In this document: positions 1 through 7,917 of the stretch, in pieces
How the letters are laid out: each line of letters opens with the position of its first letter
How positions within the stretch are numbered: position 1 is the first letter of the stretch
From: a bacterium
GTDB taxonomy: Bacteria; Latescibacterota; Latescibacteria; Latescibacterales; Latescibacteraceae
Reading direction: 5' to 3'
NCBI GenBank assembly: GCA_021372535.1
Contig: JAJFUH010000146.1
Span: 1-25,040, forward strand
DNA: 25,040 nucleotides
Made by a program: the position numbers and the translations under genes
The notes under the pieces: generated by a model
Databases searched by the model: none
The model's input: only the letters and a program-made list of their open reading frames with translations
Told to the model about the DNA's origin: nothing

Positions 1-1464
1 GTTGACCGCGATACTCTCGGTCCTGTCGCCGTTCAGGGTCACCGTGACCCCGTTCGCTCCGGACACGATGCCCGATATGACGTACGTTTTCGCCGGTATG
101 GGCGTTGCGGAAAAATGTTGCGTCTGGTTCGCGGTCAGTGAAGTGACCGTGAAGTTCGACGGCGAAAAGGTGTAACCGGCCTTTGATGGCGTCACCGTAT
201 AGCTCCCGCCGTAATCCACTGTGAACGAATAGCTCCCCCCGCTGCCGACCGTCCGGCTGCCGGTCGCGTCGCCGCTCAGGGTTACCGTGACACTGTCGGC
301 CCCGGTCACCGTTCCCGAGAGGGTCAGCGTTATCTGTTCGAAATTCGCGATCACCGTCATGTTCCCCGTAACGGTCACCGTCGTGGTCGCGTTCGCGGCG
401 TTCGTCACGTTCCCCGCCCAGCTCACGAACCGGCAGCCCGTTGCCGGAATCGCCGTTATGGTAACCTCCGTCCCATCGTCGTATGTATGGACACCGGTTG
501 ACGGGTTCGTCGTCCCCCAGCCTTCCGTGTTCACCGCGAGCGTGAGCGCGTACTGTCCCGCCGGTATCTTCCCAAAGGTCGCGGTCACCGTCATGTTCCC
601 CGTAACGGTCACCGTCGTGGTCGCGTTCGTAGCGTTCATCACGCTCCCTGTCCAGCTCACGAACCGGTAACCTTCGGCCGGGATCGCCGTGACGGTCACC
701 ACTGTCCCCTCGTCGTACGCATGATCGCCGCCAGACGGGTTCGTTGTTCCCCACTCGGCGGTGTTCACCGCGAGCGTCAGCGTGTACTGTATTTTGGACA
801 CCGTCACCACGACCGTGTTCGACCAGCCGCTGCTCCCCGTGGCATTGTTCGCCCTCACACGGTAGTAGTATGTCCCCGCCGTGTTCTTGTACGTGTCCGA
901 CGTCCCGACTATCGTCTTCGAGGTCGAATCGGCAAATGTGCTGTTCGTGGATTCTTCGATGGTGTAGGACTGCGCGCGGCTCACTGTAACCCACGATACG
1001 GTGTACGAGGTCCCGGAGGTTATGGCGCTCTGCGGGCCCGAGGCTGTCGGAGTTTCCGGTTTGGAGGGTTTCAGCAGTATCGTGACCGTCGTCTGCCGGC
1101 CGACTGCTATGGTGATATTCGTTGCCGTGCCGCTGTGGGTTACATTGCCGTCGGCATCGTAACAGAACAACTCGGCGCGATAGCCGCTCCCCGATTTCAC
1201 GGTCACCGTGCCCGTGATGTGTTTGCCGTTCACCGTCAGGGACTGCTTGACGAGCGTTGCATTCTGGGCATCGTAAAACGAGATTTCCGCCTTGACTGTC
1301 GGATTCAGTTCGTCCGCGCGGGCCGGTTTCGCAGGCTCGACCATGCATTGGATGACAGCGGTTCCGGCGCCATCGCTCGGGTTCACGGGGTTTTCGTCGC
1401 TGCATGAGAATACGAAGGAAACAATAACAAGCATCGTAACAAGATACAAGACTGAACGCGTCAT
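1..1464 (-). CDS. Large cell-surface lipoprotein, 5' part only; the gene continues beyond the window start. My hand translation of the minus strand from the ATG at ~1464 runs to position 1 with no stop. It shows a lipoprotein-like signal (MTRSVLYLVTMLVIVSFVFSCSD), an Fn3-like domain (…YYYRVRANNATGSSGWSN…), two tandem ~78-aa InlB-B-repeat (Flg_new)-like repeats (YTLTLAVNT.EWGTTNPS…RFVSW.G…NATTTVTVTGNMTV) and then CarboxypepD_reg-like beta-sandwich repeats.
   Basis: Hand translation of the reverse complement. The provided + strand ORFs at 287..1407 are Pro/Arg-rich antisense shadows. Domain calls rest on motif recognition, not a database search. Confidence 0.8.
   Translation of the reverse strand, partial: MTRSVLYLVTMLVIVSFVFSCSDENPVNPSDGAGTAVIQCMVEPAKPARADELNPTVKAEISFYDAQNATLVKQSLTVNGKHITGTVTVKSGSGYRAELFCYDADGNVTHSGTATNITIAVGRQTTVTILLKPSKPETPTASGPQSAITSGTSYTVSWVTVSRAQSYTIEESTNSTFADSTSKTIVGTSDTYKNTAGTYYYRVRANNATGSSGWSNTVVVTVSKIQYTLTLAVNTAEWGTTNPSGGDHAYDEGTVVTVTAIPAEGYRFVSWTGSVMNATNATTTVTVTGNMTVTATFGKIPAGQYALTLAVNTEGWGTTNPSTGVHTYDDGTEVTITAIPATGCRFVSWAGNVTNAANATTTVTVTGNMTVIANFEQITLTLSGTVTGADSVTVTLSGDATGSRTVGSGGSYSFTVDYGGSYTVTPSKAGYTFSPSNFTVTSLTANQTQHFSATPIPAKTYVISGIVSGANGVTVTLNGDRTESIAVN
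347..814. repeat. Intragenic tandem DNA duplication inside the surface-protein gene, with a 234-nt (78-codon) period. Copies span ~347-580 and ~581-814. The first ~70 nt of each copy are about 90% identical. They encode the two InlB-B-repeat-like modules.
   Basis: Direct comparison of the two copies: gcg[a/g]tcaccgtcatgttccccgtaacggtcaccgtcgtggtcgcgttcg…. Confidence 0.75.
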
Positions 1465-2009
1465 AGTCGTACCTATTTCTATCACTGCAGGTTATTATTC
1501 CAATATGACTCTATAATTCCTCTCTCGTTATTTCGGAATTAATTCAATTCAATCTCCTGCTGCGCTGTTGTGCAAAATATCAGGTATTTATGCTTCAGGC
1601 AAGTATTTTTCTGTGAATTCATATCGAAGCGTAACAACATATCTGAAAGCCCCATAAAAAGCATATACGCAGTCTGAGGTTGTTTAATATGAAACAGAAT
1701 ATCGCAAAAAAAAACAGAAAAACGCATGAAAAGTGTCTTTTTAACACCCTCCCATTCTTTTCTTTCAATGTGGGCAGATGCGTAAAACACCTGTAGATGC
1801 TATAAAAATACTGTTGACATTCGTATTAAATTAACGTATTGTTAAAAAAGTGTTAGAATAATATTAAATATATCAATTTCAGCAATATCACTATACCCGC
1901 CTATTCTACTCACATATTCATAAATATCGACTAAAGGAGGTGATATTTCCCCAATTGCATTTTGTGCAGAGTTATTTAACGGTTTGATTAAGTGAAAAGG
2001 AGTGATGAA

Positions 2010-3833
2010 ATGAAAAAAGTATTGGTATTTATTTTGTTACTGACATGCGGAACAGTGTGGGCAGCAGGTTTCAGCCCGACAGTGTTGAAATTCGACGCTC
2101 CAAAAACAATGCAATATGATTTTGACGGGAAACCACTGGAACTTCCCATCACAGTCACCGGAAAACCGGCCACAGTGCTTTTCTTCGTATATACGAAGGA
2201 TCAGGCCGGTAAAATAGTCGGCGTTCAGAACGGGCATCTCGGATGGCATTACGTCAATAAGATTGACACCTGTGTATATATGTCCGAAGCTGTGACTCTT
2301 CCTGTCGGAAAAGCCAATATCACGTGGTCAGGGAAAAACAGCGACGGCGCTATGGTGCCTTCGGGCGAGTATACGTACTATCTCTGGGGTTTCGATTCGG
2401 TATCGCCCCGGGCGATTGTCTGCAAGTTTTTCGGCGGACGGCAGAACCAGGCGGGACTTATTCAGGAATATGATAGTAACAACGTCGCTCTTTCAGTCCC
2501 CATTTACTATCCACCGGCCGGTGCTATTCCCCAGATAGCGAAAGAAAACGGGGGATATGACGGTACAACCAATCCCGGAATTAAGACACGTTCAAAATGG
2601 ATTCTTGGCAGCGATCCCATGGATTCTACCCTGATTGAAACCACTGCATACATGGGCTGGAACGATCACGGGAAAATAGCATTTATGCCGGGCGATCACC
2701 AATACTTCTTTGTCGAGAATTATATCGTGAAGGCAGTGATACCGGGCGGTATGCAGCATGTCATGAAATTCAAATGGGTTCCGAACGGATTGTCGGATCA
2801 GGTGTTGGATTTCGGTGAAGATGGCATGTTCTCGATTGCAAATACTTCCGGCGGTTATGCGGGACCTATCACTGACAACGTCAATAGCCTCTGGCTCGTT
2901 ATCGGCGATAATTCATACCCTGATGTTGACAATCCCGAAGCCATGTACTATGTGGACACGGAAACCGGTTCACTGCTTCGGACATATGACTTATCATGGT
3001 TATGGTGGGATCAGAGGGAAGCCGAACGGGGTATTACTCTGAACTACAAGTACCACGGAGGCCCCACCATGGCGAATTTCAAGAACGGGCGAATGTACTG
3101 CGCCGGTCTGTCTTTCTGCATGAAACACTGCCTCGACCCGTACCAGGAAGATGATAACGATGTTACCCTCTGGTACAACGGCAATGGCGATTATGTGGGA
3201 GACCGGTTTTTCGAGCCGGACCGCGGGGATCTGGCATGGCTCTGCTCCGGCGGAAGCGGTGCACCGTGGGTATACGATTATACAGCTGACATGAACGGAT
3301 TCTCGATTTTTTCAGCCTATGACCTCGGCGCAGTTTCAATGGGACTCATGGCTCCCGATGGAACAGGTGTAGGATATTTCGCGTTTCCCGGCGAAGCATC
3401 AGCAATCAAATACGGTCAGCTTATTGTGGACAACGAAAGCGCTTTTGATGGTATTTATTGCGATAATGCCGGTGATCCCGACCTGATGAGATCATTATGG
3501 TATGTCGCCCAGGATTCCTTCAAGGGAACGTTAACCGCGTCTTCGGTTAATGTAGCGGAGAATGCACCCCAGGCATTTTTGGTGGCACAGAATTCGCCGA
3601 ACCCGTTCAATCCGACCACAACGATCAGCTTCTCGATTCCCGATGCCGGAACGGTATCTGTCGATGTCTATAACGTCGCAGGCCAGAAGGTAGCGACTGT
3701 CGCGAACGAATTCATGAGTTCGGGCAGTCATTCGGTCATCTGGGATGCGACCGGATTCTCGGCTGGTGTTTACTTCTATACGGTCAAATCTGGTGAATTC
3801 GCAAAAACCATGAAGATGACGCTTCTCAAGTAA
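2010..3833 (+). CDS. T9SS-secreted protein of unknown function with an N-terminal signal peptide and a FlgD-Ig-like N-terminal domain. The C-terminal ~80 aa form a type-A Por/T9SS sorting domain (NSPNPFNPTTTISFSIP…VDVYNVAGQKVATV…GSHSVIWDATGFSAGVYFYTVKSGEF…MTLLK).
   Basis: The ORF track starts at GTG 1992. ATG 2010 is preferred because an AAAGGAG RBS lies 7 nt upstream and the signal peptide (MKKVLVFILLLTCGTVWA) begins there. The C-terminal CTD motif (TIGR04183-like) is recognised by eye. Confidence 0.85.
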   Translation: MKKVLVFILLLTCGTVWAAGFSPTVLKFDAPKTMQYDFDGKPLELPITVTGKPATVLFFVYTKDQAGKIVGVQNGHLGWHYVNKIDTCVYMSEAVTLPVGKANITWSGKNSDGAMVPSGEYTYYLWGFDSVSPRAIVCKFFGGRQNQAGLIQEYDSNNVALSVPIYYPPAGAIPQIAKENGGYDGTTNPGIKTRSKWILGSDPMDSTLIETTAYMGWNDHGKIAFMPGDHQYFFVENYIVKAVIPGGMQHVMKFKWVPNGLSDQVLDFGEDGMFSIANTSGGYAGPITDNVNSLWLVIGDNSYPDVDNPEAMYYVDTETGSLLRTYDLSWLWWDQREAERGITLNYKYHGGPTMANFKNGRMYCAGLSFCMKHCLDPYQEDDNDVTLWYNGNGDYVGDRFFEPDRGDLAWLCSGGSGAPWVYDYTADMNGFSIFSAYDLGAVSMGLMAPDGTGVGYFAFPGEASAIKYGQLIVDNESAFDGIYCDNAGDPDLMRSLWYVAQDSFKGTLTASSVNVAENAPQAFLVAQNSPNPFNPTTTISFSIPDAGTVSVDVYNVAGQKVATVANEFMSSGSHSVIWDATGFSAGVYFYTVKSGEFAKTMKMTLLK

Positions 3834-3854
3834 CAGTTTTGACATTTTTTATCG

Positions 3855-3889
3855 AAAAAGCCCGGGAATTCTGACCGGGCTTTTTCTTT
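3855..3889 (+). terminator. Rho-independent terminator after the T9SS cargo gene: GCCCGG-gaattctga-CCGGGC stem-loop followed by TTTTTCTTT.
   Basis: GC-rich 6-bp stem with a T-tract, about 25 nt after stop codon 3831-3833. Confidence 0.75.
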
Positions 3890-4339
3890 ATACCGGTAAA
3901 AAATAATCCGTAACATGGCGATTGATACGAAAAAACATGTATGTGCGAATCAGCCGGTATTTATCTGAAAATACATTTTCATCCTTTTTTATAATCATTA
4001 CTGATCAGGGGATTATTCATAAATTTGTTCAACAGTGAATTGAACGCTCATATTTTCGCATCAGACGGATTTTCACAGAATACCGCGGTACGTAAGGCGC
4101 AACACAAGATTAAATATAACATTCATAAACTCTTACGAGTAATAAACGCTATAATAATTCCGGCTTTTACGGCATACTGTTTGAAGAAAAAACAATTTTT
4201 TTTTAAAAAACCATACATTTGACTTGATTATAAAAAAAAGGTTAATTATTTATAGGTGTAATTGTTGCAGAATATTATAAGAATATACTATTTATATTTT
4301 ATACTTTCATATTCTTCTCAAAAAAAAGAAACAGAGAAC

Positions 4340-5287
4340 ATGGACAAATTACATTTTCCCATACATCCTCAGACATTGAGGATCGATACCATCCGCTCAT
4401 TCGATATATTCAGCGAAGGTGAAAGCGGCGAGATGAAGCTGTATCACAGGGCCGGTGAAAACTATACCGCAAAGGATCATGCGAAAATCTTCAAAATGAA
4501 TGTATCTGCTCTCTTTGTGAAAAACAGCGAAAGAGGCCGTTATTACAAATATCTGGAAACAAATATATCCGATATCATCGATGACCCTCTTCTCAATGCC
4601 ACGAGTAAAGCCGAAATTATCCATTCCCTGTTGATTGCCCAGGCAATGACACTCTTCGACAGTCCCGGTGAAGAGATAATTAATAAGTATAAAGAATCAA
4701 TCAAATTAACCGTCGACTTCATCATTAAAGAAGAAAATGCCATCCGTTATCTCATACAATCGAGTACATCGAGTCATCACCTGTTCAATCATGTCGTAAA
4801 TGTGGGCATTTTCGGTCTGGGCCTCGCCCGGGAAGTACTCCCGGGCGATAGCTCGCATGACATGAATGAAATCGCGGCGGGTCTGTTCCTTCATGACATC
4901 GGCAGATTTACAATCCCGAAATATTTCAACACCAGAAAAGGTCCCCTCTCAAGCGAAGAGTGGGAAATAATGAAAAAACATCCTGAAGAGGGTTTTAAAA
5001 TACTTAAAAAGTTCAATGCTCTTTCGGATGAGATCACAGTCATCGTCTGGCAGCATCATGAACGGCACAATGGTACAGGCTATCCGGCGGGATTACGGGG
5101 AAACAGCATTCATACATACAGCAAAATATGTTCAATATCCGATACTTTCGATGCGCTTACCTCTCATCGCCCCTATAGACCGGGTAAATCATCGTTTAAC
5201 GCCCTCGCAATAATGCAGAATGAAATGAAAGGCGAATTCGATCCGAAATTTTTTGCCCAGTTCGTCAAAATTTTCAGCAGGCAATGA
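4340..5287 (+). CDS. HD-GYP domain c-di-GMP phosphodiesterase. An N-terminal ~150 aa of unknown function precedes an HD domain with the H…HD…HHE(R)…GYP signature (LFLHDIGRF…WQHHERHNGTGYPAGL…).
   Basis: HD and GYP motifs are present in the translation. The start was moved from track position 4262 to ATG 4340 (MDKLHFP…); the upstream codons are AT-rich promoter-like sequence. Confidence 0.85.
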   Translation: MDKLHFPIHPQTLRIDTIRSFDIFSEGESGEMKLYHRAGENYTAKDHAKIFKMNVSALFVKNSERGRYYKYLETNISDIIDDPLLNATSKAEIIHSLLIAQAMTLFDSPGEEIINKYKESIKLTVDFIIKEENAIRYLIQSSTSSHHLFNHVVNVGIFGLGLAREVLPGDSSHDMNEIAAGLFLHDIGRFTIPKYFNTRKGPLSSEEWEIMKKHPEEGFKILKKFNALSDEITVIVWQHHERHNGTGYPAGLRGNSIHTYSKICSISDTFDALTSHRPYRPGKSSFNALAIMQNEMKGEFDPKFFAQFVKIFSRQ

Positions 5288-5421
5288 CCGCTGCCGTCCC
5301 GGACAGAGTACGGTAATCGCGACTGTATATGGTTTTATTCCAACGGATTGATTATTGCTTTCAGCCCGGATTTGTATACATTTTACTGCATAATACAACT
5401 CATATGATCGAGGAGTCTTTA

Positions 5422-6864
5422 ATGAACAGAAGAAAGCTGTTGGGATTCATGTTTGCCGGTACCGGATTCATACTGGCGAATGCCGTCATGATTTTCGCCG
5501 CAACCGAAGCCGACCGTAAAATTGAGGTTGAACAGTGGGACAAGCAGCATCTCCGTTATGGCCAGGGAGTGGTTACGGATACTGCGAAGGAGTTTCTCAA
5601 GATACCCGATGGATATCCCGGAGTTATCAATTTCAAGGTGGCAAAAGCGGTTCCCGAAATAGATTTTACGCCGATACGGCATCAGATTCCTTATTTTTTC
5701 CCGGAGGATAACAAGGGATTGTGGTCGCAGTGGGGAGAGGTTACCAAAGGTCCCAACGGCTGTTTTTACATGGCGACCGGCGATCATCGCTGTAAGGACG
5801 GCCATGTGTTTATCACCGAATACAATCCGTCCCTAAAGGAACAGCGGATAGTTGTGGATGTCGGCAAGGTATGCGGATGGAAAAAGGGACAGTATGTGGA
5901 CGGGAAAATCCACGGGCGCATGGATATCCTTCCCGATGGCACGCTCGTTGCCGCCACATGGCTCGGCCGTAATGTGACTGCGGACGATCTCGATCACGGG
6001 TTTGTCAACGGGGGACATCTCCTGACCTATAATATTTACACTGGTATGGCGAAATATCATGGTATCCCCTTTCTCGGTGACAGCTGGCCCTATTACTCGG
6101 TGGACAAACAGACCGGTGTGCTCATGGCAATCGGAAACGATAAGAATTTCATGGCATACAATGTAATCACCGACAGGCTGCTGTACGGCGGAAAACCTCC
6201 TGCGGGCATGATATGGAATTCACGGTCGATGCTCCTCGATGAAAAAACCGGGTTCGTCTACAGCACCGATACGAAAATCGACCATAACTTCAAACCCGAC
6301 AAGGATACATATCCCTTCCTCCGTTTCGACCAGTTCACCAACACATTCACCCGCCTGTCCTGTACGGTACCGGTCAATCCGGAGACCGGCCTGTGTTCCA
6401 ACATCCGGACATATTCCGCGCGCCGCACACCGGAACAGTTTTTCTGGTGTTTCGATTACCAGGGGACACTGTTCAAATTTTACCCCGATGAGGAAAAAAC
6501 GGAACTCGTGGGTGTCAACTGGGATAAAGCCGGGGTTTACGCCACAAGCATGGCTATGAGCCCCCGCTGCCGTTATATCTACTATATCCCCTCCGAAAGC
6601 GGAAGAGCGCACAAATGGGGAACGCCGGTAATCCAGTACGATACCCGGGACGATGTCAAAAAAGTGATCGCATTTCTCGCTCCCTTTTACCATGAGAAAT
6701 ACGGCTACGTCGCGGGAGGAACGTTCGGTATAGAATTGAGCGGGGACGGCTCGCTGCTGGTTATAGAGATGAACGGAACATTCGGTCCGTGGACCGATAA
6801 AACCTCGTATGGCCAGGTGTCCATTTTTGCCGTTCATATTCCCGAATCGGAACGAATCGAATAG
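5422..6864 (+). CDS. Hypothetical exported protein (~480 aa), possibly beta-propeller-like. The N-terminus resembles a Tat/Sec signal (MNRRKLLGFMFAGTGFILANAVMIFAATEA). I recognise no domain.
   Basis: Long ORF. GAGGAG RBS at 5410-5415, 6 nt before ATG 5422. RR-x-LL motif. The track start 5329 lies upstream of the RBS. Confidence 0.7.
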   Translation: MNRRKLLGFMFAGTGFILANAVMIFAATEADRKIEVEQWDKQHLRYGQGVVTDTAKEFLKIPDGYPGVINFKVAKAVPEIDFTPIRHQIPYFFPEDNKGLWSQWGEVTKGPNGCFYMATGDHRCKDGHVFITEYNPSLKEQRIVVDVGKVCGWKKGQYVDGKIHGRMDILPDGTLVAATWLGRNVTADDLDHGFVNGGHLLTYNIYTGMAKYHGIPFLGDSWPYYSVDKQTGVLMAIGNDKNFMAYNVITDRLLYGGKPPAGMIWNSRSMLLDEKTGFVYSTDTKIDHNFKPDKDTYPFLRFDQFTNTFTRLSCTVPVNPETGLCSNIRTYSARRTPEQFFWCFDYQGTLFKFYPDEEKTELVGVNWDKAGVYATSMAMSPRCRYIYYIPSESGRAHKWGTPVIQYDTRDDVKKVIAFLAPFYHEKYGYVAGGTFGIELSGDGSLLVIEMNGTFGPWTDKTSYGQVSIFAVHIPESERIE

Positions 6865-6868
6865 ATGG

Positions 6869-6900
6869 CCGGAATTATCGTATTCCGGTTCCGGATTTAC
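6869..6900 (+). terminator. Probable terminator: CCGGAAT-tatcgt-ATTCCGG hairpin followed by a T-containing tract (TTCCGGATTT).
   Basis: 7-bp perfect stem immediately after stop 6862-6864. The T-tract is imperfect. Confidence 0.5.
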
Positions 6901-6921
6901 ATGGATAGTATGGCGCGCTTG

Positions 6922-7025
6922 TTATTGCTCCGGTGATTAAACAATGACATCGGATGACATCATACCAAACTTGATTCGGCATCTATTTTTATAGTGGAAT
7001 CGATATTTATTCGCCGAAGCAATAA
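6922..7025. repeat. Copy A of a ~105-nt intergenic element with terminal inverted repeats. TTATTGCTCCGG (6922-6933) is complementary to CGCCGAAGCAATAA (7012-7025) at 11/12 positions. The core carries the 10-bp-phased direct repeat ATGACATCGGATGACATC. Short modules of the same family flank it, at 6892-6908 and 7024-7076 (itemised in the repeat-module findings).
   Basis: Direct comparison with copy B at 23046..23150 gives ~80% identity overall and ~86% over the first 66 nt. Confidence 0.7.
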
Positions 7026-7160
7026 CATGGTTTTATTTATCGAACTCATGTAACCCGGATTTATCTGAAAATGCATCGACGGTTTCCTGTGGGGAAGCCC
7101 CGGCCAGGTGTCTGGTGTCCCTGTAACGCCGTCATTCCCGAATCTTTAATCGGGAATTCA

Positions 7161-7175
7161 TATGCAGCCTGCATA
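7161..7175. promoter_or_regulatory. Perfect 7-1-7 palindrome TATGCAGCCTGCATA, a candidate operator. It sits ~240 nt upstream of the flavodoxin gene, next to a hairpin ATTCCCGA-atctttaa-TCGGGAAT at ~7134-7157.
   Basis: Seen directly in the sequence. Function unknown. Confidence 0.3.
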
Positions 7176-7415
7176 CAGTGTTCATCCTTCGGTGTGACTA
7201 TCTGTGGCCATGGAGGTTATTCATGAAAATGATTTACCGCGAAGACACGAGGGCATAAAGTAACATAATATATTAATAATGTTATCTTTAGCGACAATTA
7301 TTCGTCGGTATAAAAAAAGATATAAAAAAAACATATTCGCTAAAATCCGCATTCCATTATAATTCATGAATAGACCAGATTAAAAATAATGTAACGTACA
7401 AGCATCAATGGAGAA

Positions 7416-7907
7416 ATGATGAAAATTTCGATAATCTATCATTCCGTTTCGGGGAATACGAAAAAGCAGGCGGAACTTGTCGAAGAGGGTGTTCGTTCTG
7501 TCGGCGGGATCGATGTCAAGACCATGTCTATCGATAATCCGGATAATGGATGGATTGAGGAGTCAGATGCGGTCATTTTCGGCTCCCCCTGTTACGAAGG
7601 ATCGTGCAGCTGGCAGATGAAAAAATTTTTCGATACTCCCAAGGTGGATTTCAGCGGCAAGCTTGCCGGCTTTTTCTCATCACAGAACTGGCCGGGCGGA
7701 GGCGGAGCCGATTTTGCCGAAATGACCATGATTGCCGCGGCTCTTGTGCTCGGAATGCTCGTTTATTCAGGCGGTGTATCCGAGGGGTATCCGCCTGTTC
7801 ATTTCGGCGCTGTGTCCCAAAAAGCCCCTACATCTGACATTGACCGTGAACGCGCAGTAAAGCTGGGAAAAAACATAGCTTCGATGGCGAAAAAACTGTT
7901 CGGCTGA
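7416..7907 (+). CDS. Flavodoxin-family protein (short-chain flavodoxin-like, 163 aa).
   Basis: The N-terminus MMKISIIYHSVSGNTKKQAELV matches the flavodoxin FMN-binding signature ([LIV][LIVFY][FY]xSxxGNTxxxAxx[LIV]). The start could be 7416 or 7419. Confidence 0.8.
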   Translation: MMKISIIYHSVSGNTKKQAELVEEGVRSVGGIDVKTMSIDNPDNGWIEESDAVIFGSPCYEGSCSWQMKKFFDTPKVDFSGKLAGFFSSQNWPGGGGADFAEMTMIAAALVLGMLVYSGGVSEGYPPVHFGAVSQKAPTSDIDRERAVKLGKNIASMAKKLFG

Positions 7908-7917
7908 AAATGACACC

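Noticed and set aside
347-814. Considered whether the tandem intragenic repeat is a DGR template/variable repeat pair.
   Set aside because: The mismatches between copies are not confined to adenines. No reverse-transcriptase gene lies nearby. Both copies are in-frame coding repeats of the same protein.
721-1407. Long + strand ORFs (287-670, 721-1407, 744-989) with Pro/Arg/Val-rich translations.
   Set aside because: They are antisense shadows of the minus-strand surface-protein gene. The minus-strand translation is coherent and domain-bearing, while the + strand products are low-complexity.
1539-1790. Small ORFs in AT-rich intergenic DNA: 1539-1790 (−), 4025-4222 (+), 17178-17516 (+), 17302-17523 (+), 24484-24711 (−) and 11979-12260 (−).
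   Set aside because: Low-complexity translations, no RBS, located in promoter-like AT-rich spacers. Most likely spurious.
3588-3603. TGGCAC-N5-TCGC resembling a sigma-54 −24/−12 element.
   Set aside because: It lies inside the coding region of the T9SS cargo gene with an imperfect −12 (TCGC rather than TTGC) and no downstream gene to serve.
7215-7245. Possible Fur box (…TGAAAATGATTTAC…) upstream of the flavodoxin gene.
   Set aside because: It matches the GATAATGATAATCATTATC consensus at only a few positions.
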